A DNA stretch of 64,000 bases from Candidatus Bathyarchaeia archaeon (lineage in GTDB: Archaea; Thermoproteota; Bathyarchaeia; Bathyarchaeales; DTEX01), in contig JAWAXF010000006.1 in NCBI GenBank assembly GCA_038897035.1, positions 3,773-67,772 of the forward strand, given 5' to 3'. Position numbers and translations under genes: made by a program. Within the stretch, counting starts at the first letter, position 1, and the number at the start of each line of letters is the position of its first letter. Below, piece by piece: positions 1-9,130 of this stretch. The notes beneath the pieces are model-generated. The model saw only the letters and a program-made list of their open reading frames with translations. It had not been told where the DNA came from and did not search any database.

Positions 1-2
1 AC

Positions 3-644
3 ATGTACCTTGTTAAAAACCCCGAGTGCGCCGACCTAACTCCCTATATGAATATAGTGGAGCGGGTTAAGGAGACTCATGAGAGCGGCTGGAAGACGGG
101 TTCTAGAGGTTGGGGATACAAGTTCTCAACGATGATAGCCGCTAGACTTGTCTTAAGAAGCCATACAACAGCCGTAAGCGCGAGGATGCTGATAAGTGAC
201 GATCTAGAGATACCGGGGAAGTATTTTGCAATAGGCCGCTGTTATAGGCCGGAGCTAATTGACAAGGCGCACTTAAGCGAGTTTAATCAGGTTGAGGGGA
301 TAGTTGTCGGCGAGGGGCTAACACTACGTGATCTGCTCGGCATACTCGAGCGCTTCGCCATAGATATTGCTGGTGCCGACAGAGTTAAGTTTAGGCCAGA
401 CTACTTCCCATTTACTGAGCCAAGTGTTGAGCTCTCAGCCTACAAGGAGGGCTGCGGCTGGATGGAGTTCGGTGGCGCAGGGATATTTAGACCGGAAGTA
501 ACCATGCCGCTTGGGGTAAACGTTCCAGTCCTAGCTTGGGGGCTCGGCGTGGACCGTCTCTTTATGATGTGGGCTAGAATAGATGACATACGATATATTT
601 TCACCCATGATCTAGATTGGCTAAGGCTTAAGGAGATGGTATAA
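3..644 (+). CDS. pheS: Phenylalanine--tRNA ligase alpha subunit, C-terminal part (5' end lies outside the window)
   Basis: The ORF is open to the window edge. It has class II aaRS core motifs ([32 protein letters not shown]). pheT starts 2 nt after its stop. Confidence 0.9.
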   Translation: MYLVKNPECADLTPYMNIVERVKETHESGWKTGSRGWGYKFSTMIAARLVLRSHTTAVSARMLISDDLEIPGKYFAIGRCYRPELIDKAHLSEFNQVEGIVVGEGLTLRDLLGILERFAIDIAGADRVKFRPDYFPFTEPSVELSAYKEGCGWMEFGGAGIFRPEVTMPLGVNVPVLAWGLGVDRLFMMWARIDDIRYIFTHDLDWLRLKEMV

Positions 645-645
645 T

Positions 646-2364
646 ATGCCGACGGTAGAAATCGAGAGGGAAGATCTAGAGGAACTCATCGGTCTAAGGT
701 TGCCGAGCAGCCAGGAGGAGTTAGATGAGCTACTATCATTTGTGAAGGGCGAGGTTAAACGCCTAGGTGAAGGTGAGATCCAGGTAGATATTAAGGATAG
801 CAACCGGGCAGACCTCTGGAGCGCTGAAGGGATAGCGCGGGCCCTTAGGGGGATACTAGGCATTGAGAAGGGGCTTAAGCGATATAAAGTTATTGGGGAG
901 TCTGGCGTAATAGTTCATGTTGACAGCAGACTCAGAAATATAAGACCATATATTGCATGCGCGGTAGTCAGGGGGGTTAGGCTAAGCGACGCCGCAATAC
1001 GCAACCTAGTGCGTTTCCAAGATAAACTGGATCAAACCTACGGCCGCGGTAGGCGTAGAACGTCAATAGGTCTATATAACTTTGATCTAATCGCGCCGCC
1101 ACTACATTATACTGTCTCAAAGCCAGATGAGGTGAAGTTCGTTCCGCTTGGCTTTAGTGAGGAGCTATCTTTAGCTGACATATTAGAGAAACACCCGAAG
1201 GGAGTGGAGTATGGGCACATAGTTAAGCCATTTGATCAATGGCCGATTTTTATAGATTCTAGGGGGAGGGTGTTATCCTTCCCGCCAATAATTAATTCAA
1301 ATGACCTTGGGAGGGTAACCGTTGATACAAGGAATGTTCTGGTTGAAGTTACTGGCACGTCCTTTGAGGCAGTTCTACATGCATTAACGAATGTTGCCTT
1401 AGCGCTTGCGGATAGAGGAGGGGCGATCTGCTCCGCCGAGATACGCTACCCATACGAGGATCTAGGAACCGTTGTCACCCCAGAGCTGGAGACCGAAAGG
1501 GTGGCGTTAGACGTTATGTATGCTAGTGGCATCATAGGTATACCGCTGAGCGTACAAGAGATTATAAATCTTCTCGAGAGGTCTAGATACGGCGTGCTAG
1601 AAGCAGATGAGAAGACGATTATCGTTGAGGTTCCATGCTACCGCACGGATATAATGCATCCAATAGATATCGTTGAGGATATCGCGATAGCCTATGACTT
1701 AAATAAGATTGAACCTAGATGGCCCCAAGTAACAACCGTCGGCGGATTAACAAAGGAGACCGAGCTAAGAAAGCTTGTTAGGGAGATAATGATCGGCTTA
1801 GGCTACCAAGAGGTCCTAACCTTCTCAATGAGTAATCTAATAACGCTCTTCGATAAGATGAATATCCCTCGTGAAAATATCATTGAGGTCGTTAATCCAA
1901 AAATCTCCTCGATGACATGCCTAAGAAACTGGCTCATACCGGGTCTAATGGAATTCTTAAGCCATAACACGCATGTAGAGTATCCGCAGAAAATTTTCGA
2001 GGTAGGCTACTGTGTTATACATGACGAAGGGCTACCTAACAAGGCTAGGGATGAAGAGAAGCTAGCATGCGTAACTATCCACTCAAGCGCCAGCTTCTCA
2101 GAGATAAAGTCAGTTTTAGATGCATTATTCATGAACCTCGGCCTAAAATATACGCTCAAGGAAGCTGAGCATGGAAGCTTCATTGAGGGGAGAACTGGAA
2201 AAATAACTGTAGAGGGGGAGGAGGTCGGAATATTGGGGGAAATACACCCACAGGTGCTAGAGAACTGGGGCTTGGAGAACCCCACAGCAGCGCTGGAAGT
2301 AGACCTCAGCAAAGTATGGCAAATCCTTAGAAGAAGACGCTGGAGAAAAATTTATTATCCCTAG
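646..2364 (+). CDS. pheT: Phenylalanine--tRNA ligase beta subunit (archaeal type)
   Basis: 572-aa ORF immediately downstream of pheS. Length and layout (B3/4-like and B5-like regions, C-terminal catalytic-like fold) are typical of archaeal PheT. Confidence 0.85.
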   Translation: MPTVEIEREDLEELIGLRLPSSQEELDELLSFVKGEVKRLGEGEIQVDIKDSNRADLWSAEGIARALRGILGIEKGLKRYKVIGESGVIVHVDSRLRNIRPYIACAVVRGVRLSDAAIRNLVRFQDKLDQTYGRGRRRTSIGLYNFDLIAPPLHYTVSKPDEVKFVPLGFSEELSLADILEKHPKGVEYGHIVKPFDQWPIFIDSRGRVLSFPPIINSNDLGRVTVDTRNVLVEVTGTSFEAVLHALTNVALALADRGGAICSAEIRYPYEDLGTVVTPELETERVALDVMYASGIIGIPLSVQEIINLLERSRYGVLEADEKTIIVEVPCYRTDIMHPIDIVEDIAIAYDLNKIEPRWPQVTTVGGLTKETELRKLVREIMIGLGYQEVLTFSMSNLITLFDKMNIPRENIIEVVNPKISSMTCLRNWLIPGLMEFLSHNTHVEYPQKIFEVGYCVIHDEGLPNKARDEEKLACVTIHSSASFSEIKSVLDALFMNLGLKYTLKEAEHGSFIEGRTGKITVEGEEVGILGEIHPQVLENWGLENPTAALEVDLSKVWQILRRRRWRKIYYP

Positions 2365-2374
2365 CGAGATTTAT

Positions 2375-2631
2375 GGAGAATTGGCAATGAAATGAGCCGA
2401 ATCCCGCCGGAACCTACTCTGGGGCCCGCATAGACGGACCTGACTGAGGGGGCGTTTAGGCGCCTTTCTATGAGGGAGGGGTTACCCAGGTGCGGGACAC
2501 GGCGGGCGTGGGGCGCCAAAATTCCACGTGAGAGAGAGCTCAGCTGAGGGGAGCGCGGCCCGCTCCGACTGTGAGACTGGGTGTTAGTCGCGTGGAACAC
2601 AGAGGCGCCCCACGATAATCCCATTTACTCC
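2375..2631 (+). ncRNA. G+C-rich structured RNA, class unresolved (size range of SRP or RNase P RNA, but I could not find the signature motifs of either)
   Basis: A sharp GC-rich island sits in an AT-rich spacer. Nested helices: 2403-2409/2500-2506, 2425-2430/2491-2496, 2439-2442/2487-2490, 2508-2517/2604-2613, 2522-2530/2589-2597, 2550-2555/2561-2566. A possible closing helix pairs 2375-2384 with 2621-2631. Four G-U pairs would be C-A mismatches on the other strand, which favours + sense. The only ORF here (2361..2624 -) translates to junk. Confidence 0.5.
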
Positions 2632-2932
2632 CTGACATTCTATTAATATTATAAGAGTTTAGTAGCTATTCCGAGAAGCTGGCGGTGTTTGAAGTTCGTA
2701 GGATTTTAAAAAGTTTGGCATAGGGATAATAATGGTGGAACAAAGGGCTCGGTTAGGGAAAACTAGGCCAAATATATTTAGTTCTAAAGCCCAGGAAATG
2801 CCCAGCTGAAATGCTCACACCAAATGGCGGATTAGACACAGATTAGTTGTTTAGGGCAACCAAAGACTATTTAGCTGGACTCATTAATAGTTTAGGAGGG
2901 CATCTTTCAATTAAGTATAAAGAAACTAAGCG

Positions 2933-4411
2933 TTATATTATCTGTGTTAGTTTTGGCATAAAATATCCTTTTGATACATCCATTTCAAGCGCGTAGAGGG
3001 GCGTCCTGGGCTTCACGCCATAAATGATGACGCAACCATATTTGCGTGTAATCTTTATGTGGGATTCCGCCAGCGCGCCCAGAACCTCAGAGATCCTTGG
3101 GTGGCCTGGCTTAAGCAGTATCATATATAGGTCTCCTCGCTCCCTCACTCTTGCAGCATGATTCCTGATCGCCGAGAGGGCTTCCCTCAGCCCATATGTG
3201 TCTATTAGCATATCCGCACCGACAAAATGTAATATCGGCCGACCTGTCCTCTCACGGAGCTCGCGCTCAATCTCTACATATTTTGCATAATCCTCCAAGA
3301 AACTATCGCCCCTACACGCTACAATATATGGGGCAGACCTAATCCCGGCATAATCCTTAATGAATATTCTCAGCAAATTGTTTATTTCATTCTCTTCTAA
3401 GCAGACTTCCTTAACGCGCCTCAGGATTAGGCTGTAGTCTATTCCGGCCGATGGGAATATCAATGCGCCCCTACCCTGCGCCAAGAAGTTCCATATTGTT
3501 GGATATATAAGTACATGGTACTGTAATATTGAAATGTACGGGTCGACGATCTCAATTAGGGCTGTAGATCCTTTCTGGTAGCCTCCGCCGAGCATCCTGT
3601 CCAAGTCTTGGGAGCCCGTGGAAAAGCACTCATCTGCATCTGGTCTCGGTCCGAACCTGCTTGGTTTCGCAGCTATTTTGGCCTCGAAGGGTGGTAGAGC
3701 CTTAAAGCCGTCCTTAAGCGTGAAGACGCTATGATTTTCTTGGATCGGAGTGCCCCTCATTTTTAGTATTTCTACTTCCCTAAAGATTCTACCGCCTTCA
3801 AGCTCACTTTTACTTAGGCGGATTATTCCGTCTGCAACGAATTCCTCTATGCCAAGCCCCATTTTATTCTCGCCGTATGGAACCTCCACCACCAGGATTA
3901 TTGTGCAGCCCAGGAGCCTTGTAACCCTGCTTATGATCGTATGTAGAGTTACCCTGGCTTCATGGGTATCTTTAAATGCTTGGGCCATGGCTGAGAAGGA
4001 ATCTATTACTAGGCGCTTAGCTCCAAACTCGCTTATCTCCCTAAGTATCGTCTCTATTATTGCTGGTGTAGCCTCCTCCCTCGCCGTCACTAGATCTAGG
4101 AAGCGGAACTCGCCTCTCTTCTCAAGTCCCTCGAAGTCTAGGCCTAGGCTAAGCATATTCTTGAGAAAGGTTTCTCGGCTCTCAGCAAAGCTGACATAGA
4201 CCCCCTTCTCGCCGTAATTTACCGCGCCATAGTAGAGGAAGCATGCGGAGAATATTGTCTTGCCGGTTCCGGGGTTCCCGGCTAAAATCACTATACCGCC
4301 CTTTGGGAGACCCCCACTAATAATTTCGTCTAGGCCATTTATTCCCGTGGGAACTTTGTCAACGCTTACTGATCTCACAATCTTATCGCCCTCCTCGGGC
4401 TTTGGCAACAC
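2933..4411 (-). CDS. KaiC-like (RecA-superfamily) ATPase with two domains; the second domain lacks a P-loop
   Basis: The N-terminal domain has VPTGINGLDEIISGGLPKGG and Walker A GNPGTGKT. The second KaiC-like half (DLDRMLGGGYQKGSTALIEI...) has no GxxGxGKT. It is the last gene of the pilus-like operon. Confidence 0.8.
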   Translation of the reverse strand: MLPKPEEGDKIVRSVSVDKVPTGINGLDEIISGGLPKGGIVILAGNPGTGKTIFSACFLYYGAVNYGEKGVYVSFAESRETFLKNMLSLGLDFEGLEKRGEFRFLDLVTAREEATPAIIETILREISEFGAKRLVIDSFSAMAQAFKDTHEARVTLHTIISRVTRLLGCTIILVVEVPYGENKMGLGIEEFVADGIIRLSKSELEGGRIFREVEILKMRGTPIQENHSVFTLKDGFKALPPFEAKIAAKPSRFGPRPDADECFSTGSQDLDRMLGGGYQKGSTALIEIVDPYISILQYHVLIYPTIWNFLAQGRGALIFPSAGIDYSLILRRVKEVCLEENEINNLLRIFIKDYAGIRSAPYIVACRGDSFLEDYAKYVEIERELRERTGRPILHFVGADMLIDTYGLREALSAIRNHAARVRERGDLYMILLKPGHPRISEVLGALAESHIKITRKYGCVIIYGVKPRTPLYALEMDVSKGYFMPKLTQII

Positions 4412-4799
4412 TTTCTATGAAGGAGCGTATCTCATTTATGGCGCTCTGGCCTCCATTATACATAAGCTCTAAAAAATACTCTGGGTCCATGCTCAGCCCG
4501 TATTCCCTATTAATATTTAAGATTAATATGCTAATTAAAATTTTTGTGCCCTCGCCAAAAAGCCTAACCATCTCATCATAAACTGCTCTTGGATTCTCCC
4601 ATAGGACCTCGATTGGGTCGCGCCTCAGGGTCTCCTTAATGAAGAATATTACTGCTTCTCCAGCGGACTCTCCAAGCGAGGAGCAGACGATCCTCCTGAA
4701 TGCCCAACGGAAAACTTCGAGAAGAATATCAGTAGAATCATTTATGCTGTGTGTGCTATTAGGTACGAATATTGACACCATAATCTCCGCCACTAGCAA
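4383..4799 (-). CDS. Small soluble protein of unknown function, overlapping the KaiC-like gene start
   Basis: 138-aa ORF with no TM segment that overlaps the KaiC-like gene start by 29 nt. A homologous N-terminal fragment (…FRGICRKTICYSFGESAGEA) sits upstream of the decayed KaiC copy at ~39.4 kb, which supports a conserved gene pair. Confidence 0.5.
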   Translation of the reverse strand: MLVAEIMVSIFVPNSTHSINDSTDILLEVFRWAFRRIVCSSLGESAGEAVIFFIKETLRRDPIEVLWENPRAVYDEMVRLFGEGTKILISILILNINREYGLSMDPEYFLELMYNGGQSAINEIRSFIESVAKARGGR

Positions 4800-4871
4800 T
4801 CAATCCCTCTGGGAAGAAGTTTATTTAAGCCTACGTAACATTTATCTATATACACGATACTTATCTAACAT

Positions 4872-6146
4872 CTACCAGAGTTCAATTCTTGATAATCCTT
4901 CACCGCATATTATGTGGAGAGTACCTCCACTGTCATTATCAAGACGTGTGAGAATTAAGACAATTATGCTGTTTTGGGGTATCGTACTAACGCCTGGACT
5001 AAAAGATAGATTATACTCTAATGGTGTCGAGGACTTACTAATTGTTATATTCTTGAAGCCGATCACGCAAAGAGCGCCTTCGTGAACGTAGGCTAAAGTG
5101 ACATTAACATCTATAGAACCTTGTTTCCCTTGCTTGGAGTAAAATGCATGTAATGTAATATTTATTGAATTACCAAGAGTCAGATTATTCGGCGTTGTTT
5201 CAACTGTGCGTCCAGTACGATTATCAAAGGGATTATTTAGTGGCGGTCTAACTTGCCCCTCCTCAGGTTCCAGCAGGAGCATAAAATCTTTACTCTTATT
5301 TTTAAACCTTTCAGGCGATATATAAAGAACCCTCCAGTCTTGCTCTTCGCTTCCTCCACCTTCTCCACCTCCTCCACCACCTTGGCTTCCAGGAATTCTT
5401 GCCCCAACTATTACACCATCACCTGTAGTAACCATTAGCATCGAGCCTCCCATATTTAAGTTGTCGGGCAGACTAAACTGTACAACATATTCTCCCCGAC
5501 CCATATACTCAGAAGAACACGCATTATAACTAGTTCCATTAATATATAGCTCTGCCTTCGCAATATCAGATATTGGCATATAATGTTCTCTAGCACCGCT
5601 CAAGCAAACTTTAAATCTAATAGTTCCTGTATCGGTCCAATTCCGTATATTAAGACGTACTGCTTTTCGCATTGCTACGGCTAAATTTCTGAGACCATAC
5701 GTCTCAACATTCATGCAAAATGTCGTGTAAACTGCGCTTATACCTGAATTATCTCCCCAGTTTATATACCAGCCTATGTTTTCTCCCGAGCTACCCTCAG
5801 TCTTCAATGAAATGTTCATGCCGAAACCATTATAGAGGGCTGGGAGGGCTCTATACCAATTTTCTGTTAATGCCCTTCCACATATTTTAGCCGATTCTTC
5901 GTTCCAAGTCTTACTATAATTCTGCGTTGCCATTGCTAATGCTCTTGTCAGGCATCTTTCGAAGTCGCTTGTTATTGCCAGGACTAGTTCGTCTATTGGC
6001 TCGTAGGCTACCCCCTGCCTACTCGTGCTTATCTGGCTTATTGTGTGAATTAGAGAGAACATGAATGCCGCCATTATAACTGCGGCCAGAATAACGAACT
6101 GCCCTCTCCTATCTCTCCTAAACCTATTCACAGGCAACCAACTCAA
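4872..6146 (-). CDS. Pilin-like or pilus-associated secreted protein (class III signal-like N-terminus, two domains joined by a Gly-rich linker)
   Basis: The N-terminus RRDRRGQ/FVILAAVIMAAFMF is a charged stretch, then G-Q, then a hydrophobic helix. There is an internal GSQGGGGGGEGGGSEE linker. The gene is co-oriented in the pilus-like operon. Confidence 0.5.
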   Translation of the reverse strand: MSWLPVNRFRRDRRGQFVILAAVIMAAFMFSLIHTISQISTSRQGVAYEPIDELVLAITSDFERCLTRALAMATQNYSKTWNEESAKICGRALTENWYRALPALYNGFGMNISLKTEGSSGENIGWYINWGDNSGISAVYTTFCMNVETYGLRNLAVAMRKAVRLNIRNWTDTGTIRFKVCLSGAREHYMPISDIAKAELYINGTSYNACSSEYMGRGEYVVQFSLPDNLNMGGSMLMVTTGDGVIVGARIPGSQGGGGGGEGGGSEEQDWRVLYISPERFKNKSKDFMLLLEPEEGQVRPPLNNPFDNRTGRTVETTPNNLTLGNSINITLHAFYSKQGKQGSIDVNVTLAYVHEGALCVIGFKNITISKSSTPLEYNLSFSPGVSTIPQNSIIVLILTRLDNDSGGTLHIICGEGLSRIELW

Positions 6147-6232
6147 ATATTATTCATGTTATATTATGCATTATTATATTGTGCATAATATAACCTTTAT
6201 GGTCTAATGATCTAAGCTAGCCTAAAAAGAAT

Positions 6233-6682
6233 TCATGTCAGCCCAGCTCGCGTGAGACTGAGGCATAAATAATATATTTTCCCATCCCTTGAAGTATATG
6301 TTATGCTGGCCGAGGCAACCTCGCTGGAAGTCTCAAAAACCTCTTCAGGGGCATTTGAGATAGTCCACTGGCCAGAATTATCCCTTATTATTAGATTGAA
6401 GTATATGTTTGGGGGTAGTAGGCTCTGGAGGGCACTAAATAATGTAGTACTGGAACTAGATTCAATCGTCTCATCGATTACGCCCGACTCTGCCAGGCGG
6501 TGTAGGACATTATATGCCAGCCTATTTAAGTCAACAGCCTCCTGCCTAAAGAATTTCTCTGACGAGAAGAGCATGAAGAACGCTGCCGTGAAGGCTATGA
6601 AAATCAGTATTGATGCTACAACAGCCTCTATTATCCTCGCCTGCCCAAGCCTCAGAGCACGCATCACCATGACATCCTCCAC
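6233..6682 (-). CDS. Small pilin-like protein
   Basis: The N-terminus MRALRLGQ/ARIIEAVVASILIFIAF is a prepilin-like signal with Glu at +5 if cleaved after GQ. 149 aa. Overlaps the upstream gene by 19 nt. Confidence 0.5.
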   Translation of the reverse strand: MEDVMVMRALRLGQARIIEAVVASILIFIAFTAAFFMLFSSEKFFRQEAVDLNRLAYNVLHRLAESGVIDETIESSSSTTLFSALQSLLPPNIYFNLIIRDNSGQWTISNAPEEVFETSSEVASASITYTSRDGKIYYLCLSLTRAGLT

Positions 6683-7737
6683 ACCCTTAACCTAACAGTG
6701 TACGTGGATAATCCTATCCTAACACTCCGCTCAAGCATATAAGATGATGGCGGATAAACTTCCCCAGCTATAAAACCATAGCTCCTTGGAATATCCTTCC
6801 ATGATACTACAAGGTTGTTATTATTTGTTAGCGCCACTACAGCAATAGCATATGGCTCCACACCACTCATATTATACACACTATAGTTATTAATTCCGCC
6901 ACCAGAAGCTAATTCCAATCCATATTTCGCTATTCCTACGCTGAATGAACTATTCGGGAACTTTGCGAGGAATATCTGGTAGGCTCCATTATCAGCATCT
7001 ATTTGATAGGATGAGTTCATAATGAGAAAGTTACCAATAAAATGAGCATTAATAACGCTGCCAACATTTTCTACCACTACCCTTTGCACTCCATAATGGT
7101 CCACAGCGGCAACTAAGAGCGCTAGACTGGAACTGGAGAAAGTTAAATTTAAAGCACAGTTCCCACCTCCATCAGTTTTCCCAGAAGACTGGCTCAGCCT
7201 AAGACCCCCATTTCCATCAAAGGAGATTGCGCCAACAGTTACCTTCGCGTTTGCGGCCGGCATACTTTGCTCAGAGACGACACTAACATTAACGTTATTT
7301 AAGCCTGAACGTAACGTTACATTTAATGCTGGAATGAATTCTATTTTTATGCCATAATCAAATCCAGTTTCACTAGAACCTAAATTCAACAACTCTAAAA
7401 CTCTCTCTGGCGGTATATAGAGCTGAGCTGGAAGATTTTGACTTAATCTCTGAACTTTATTTGGATCTAAGACGAATGCTTCTCGAGTGAAGAATGTGCT
7501 AACTGCCAGGCCGAAAGATGATAAATTCTCAGACCTTATGGTAATATTTTCTCCCCAGTCCTCCGGCTCCCCCGGACTTAAGAGCATCTGCGTCATTATC
7601 TTCTGCGCAACCATCTTCAGCTGCTCAACCTCAGCCATGCTCCTATAAAGTGGCGGCGATATACCAGTCAAGAAAATGGCCGCTAACAATATCGCGATCA
7701 TCACTATTGCCGCAAAAATATACTCATACGTTTCCAT
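6664..7737 (-). CDS. Pilus-associated membrane-anchored protein (N-terminal hydrophobic helix, Ser/Asn-rich beta-type ectodomain)
   Basis: The N-terminus METYEYIFAAIVMIAILLAAIFL is followed by 330 aa with no further TM segments. Lies in the same operon. Confidence 0.4.
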   Translation of the reverse strand: METYEYIFAAIVMIAILLAAIFLTGISPPLYRSMAEVEQLKMVAQKIMTQMLLSPGEPEDWGENITIRSENLSSFGLAVSTFFTREAFVLDPNKVQRLSQNLPAQLYIPPERVLELLNLGSSETGFDYGIKIEFIPALNVTLRSGLNNVNVSVVSEQSMPAANAKVTVGAISFDGNGGLRLSQSSGKTDGGGNCALNLTFSSSSLALLVAAVDHYGVQRVVVENVGSVINAHFIGNFLIMNSSYQIDADNGAYQIFLAKFPNSSFSVGIAKYGLELASGGGINNYSVYNMSGVEPYAIAVVALTNNNNLVVSWKDIPRSYGFIAGEVYPPSSYMLERSVRIGLSTYTVRLRVWRMSW

Positions 7738-7742
7738 TTATA

Positions 7743-8315
7743 TTAGCCCCTTTGGATGCCTAAGCCAGCATATATAGTTTCAACCTCTGCAGATTCGTTA
7801 TTCTTCATTATAGTTTCGATAACCTTCCGGCACCAGACGACAGTATTCGGGTTACCGCCGTAAACCCACGCTCTAGGCTCGATATCAGGGCCCGCTATGG
7901 ATGAAGAGCCACCAGTAAATATCACCATTATTCTTCTCTGCGTTGAACCCAACGCTATGGGGGACTCAGCATATAAGTCATTTCTCCCAATAATACTCAC
8001 GCGGACATGGTATCCACCATCCATCTCTAATATGCTGAGGTTGTAGGGTTTCCCGTTAATTGCTGCTGGAAGGTTTAGGTGCTTTGAGACTGCTTCGGTT
8101 TCTGAAAGCATGCCGTAGACGAAGTCCGTTAGGCTGATTATGTTAGTTATGCTCATTGAAGTATACTCTGCTATCTGGCTCAGCTGAGTTTTAATAACGT
8201 TCCCCTCAACATAGCCAACAACAATCTGGTAAGCTAGGGCAAGGGACACGGCCAAACCTATTAGGGCAACCGTCCCAATAATATGTTGTAGTGACACGTG
8301 CACCATCCCTGCCAC
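7743..8315 (-). CDS. Pilus-associated membrane-anchored protein
   Basis: Single N-terminal hydrophobic helix (IIGTVALIGLAVSLALAYQIVVGY). 190 aa, with 1-5 nt spacing to its neighbours. Confidence 0.4.
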   Translation of the reverse strand: MAGMVHVSLQHIIGTVALIGLAVSLALAYQIVVGYVEGNVIKTQLSQIAEYTSMSITNIISLTDFVYGMLSETEAVSKHLNLPAAINGKPYNLSILEMDGGYHVRVSIIGRNDLYAESPIALGSTQRRIMVIFTGGSSSIAGPDIEPRAWVYGGNPNTVVWCRKVIETIMKNNESAEVETIYAGLGIQRG

Positions 8316-8316
8316 C

Positions 8317-9099
8317 TCACATTATAGAAACATTTATAAGGACCTCCACAATCCTAACAATAGATACCCCCGATATCCCCGGATAGTCTGCATGATGTTC
8401 ATCGACATTAACGTGAACCATCAAGTCGCTGGATCCGCTAAGCTGTATTGACGCCATGTTTATATCTCTATTTTGAACCCTGACGGAAACTGTTCCCGAG
8501 CCACCAAATACCCCTGGCTCAAGGCGAATTAAGTAGATGTCTAATGTTCCAAGGTTCTCGTTTTTTATGATCCGCACCCTATTATAGTCCAGCACTATCC
8601 ACGCTTCGTTCCCAATCTCTATTCGAACATACCCCAGGGGCTTAGATAGGTCCGTAATTATTAGTCCGCCTGGATTTGTTAGGTTCATTTGCGCCACTGA
8701 GACCATGCTCCCCCCACGATACTTAATGATATAGGTGGAATTGACATAAGTGTATAGGGTGCGGCTTGGGCTAGAAATTGTTACATTAATTAGCCCGCCC
8801 TTATATACGCCTATTCCCCCGCTCCTTTGGTTGAATTGGACTGAGCTTGCGGCTCCAGGTCTCAGTGATACGTCCATTATTGTTTTGTCCAGTAGTAACA
8901 TGGCTGTCTTAGCCTGCTCGAACTCAGAGTTCTGCATCTGGATCTCCAGCAGGTTTGTTGCGAAGAAGGAGGCTATAACGAGAATTACGAGTAGCGTTGC
9001 GGTTATAATTACCATAGATATAACTGGTGAGACACCCCGCTTCACTAGGGTTCTACCATCATAAATTACTCTTAGCCTCCGCAATGCTCTGTTTAACAC
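8317..9099 (-). CDS. Archaeal pilin-like protein (class III signal peptide, DUF361-type N-terminus)
   Basis: KRG/VSPVISMVIITATLLVILVIA matches the archaeal prepilin motif [KR]G-[VI]SPVI. Confidence 0.6.
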   Translation of the reverse strand: MLNRALRRLRVIYDGRTLVKRGVSPVISMVIITATLLVILVIASFFATNLLEIQMQNSEFEQAKTAMLLLDKTIMDVSLRPGAASSVQFNQRSGGIGVYKGGLINVTISSPSRTLYTYVNSTYIIKYRGGSMVSVAQMNLTNPGGLIITDLSKPLGYVRIEIGNEAWIVLDYNRVRIIKNENLGTLDIYLIRLEPGVFGGSGTVSVRVQNRDINMASIQLSGSSDLMVHVNVDEHHADYPGISGVSIVRIVEVLINVSIM

Positions 9100-9130
9100 C
9101 TCCTATCTCTTTTCCCCCATTATGCCTATA

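Noticed and set aside
2361-2624. 87-aa ORF on the minus strand across the GC-rich island
   Set aside because: The translation is low-complexity and Ser/Arg/Gly/Pro-rich, as expected from GC-rich non-coding sequence. The region folds into long helices with G-U pairs, so it is treated as RNA.
3750-4199. 149-aa plus-strand ORF inside the KaiC-like gene. The same applies to many similar antisense ORFs (for example 9147..9668, 11607..12074, 15646..16122, 28127..28504, 41341..41748, 58142..58675).
   Set aside because: These are shadow ORFs antisense to genes with strong motif support. Their Ser/Leu/Pro/Ile-rich composition is typical of antisense frames.
5330-5400. CCTCCACC-type short repeats in DNA, considered as a tandem repeat or slippage hotspot
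   Set aside because: They are in frame and encode the GGGGGGEGGG inter-domain linker of the 424-aa pilin-like protein. This is not an independent repeat element.
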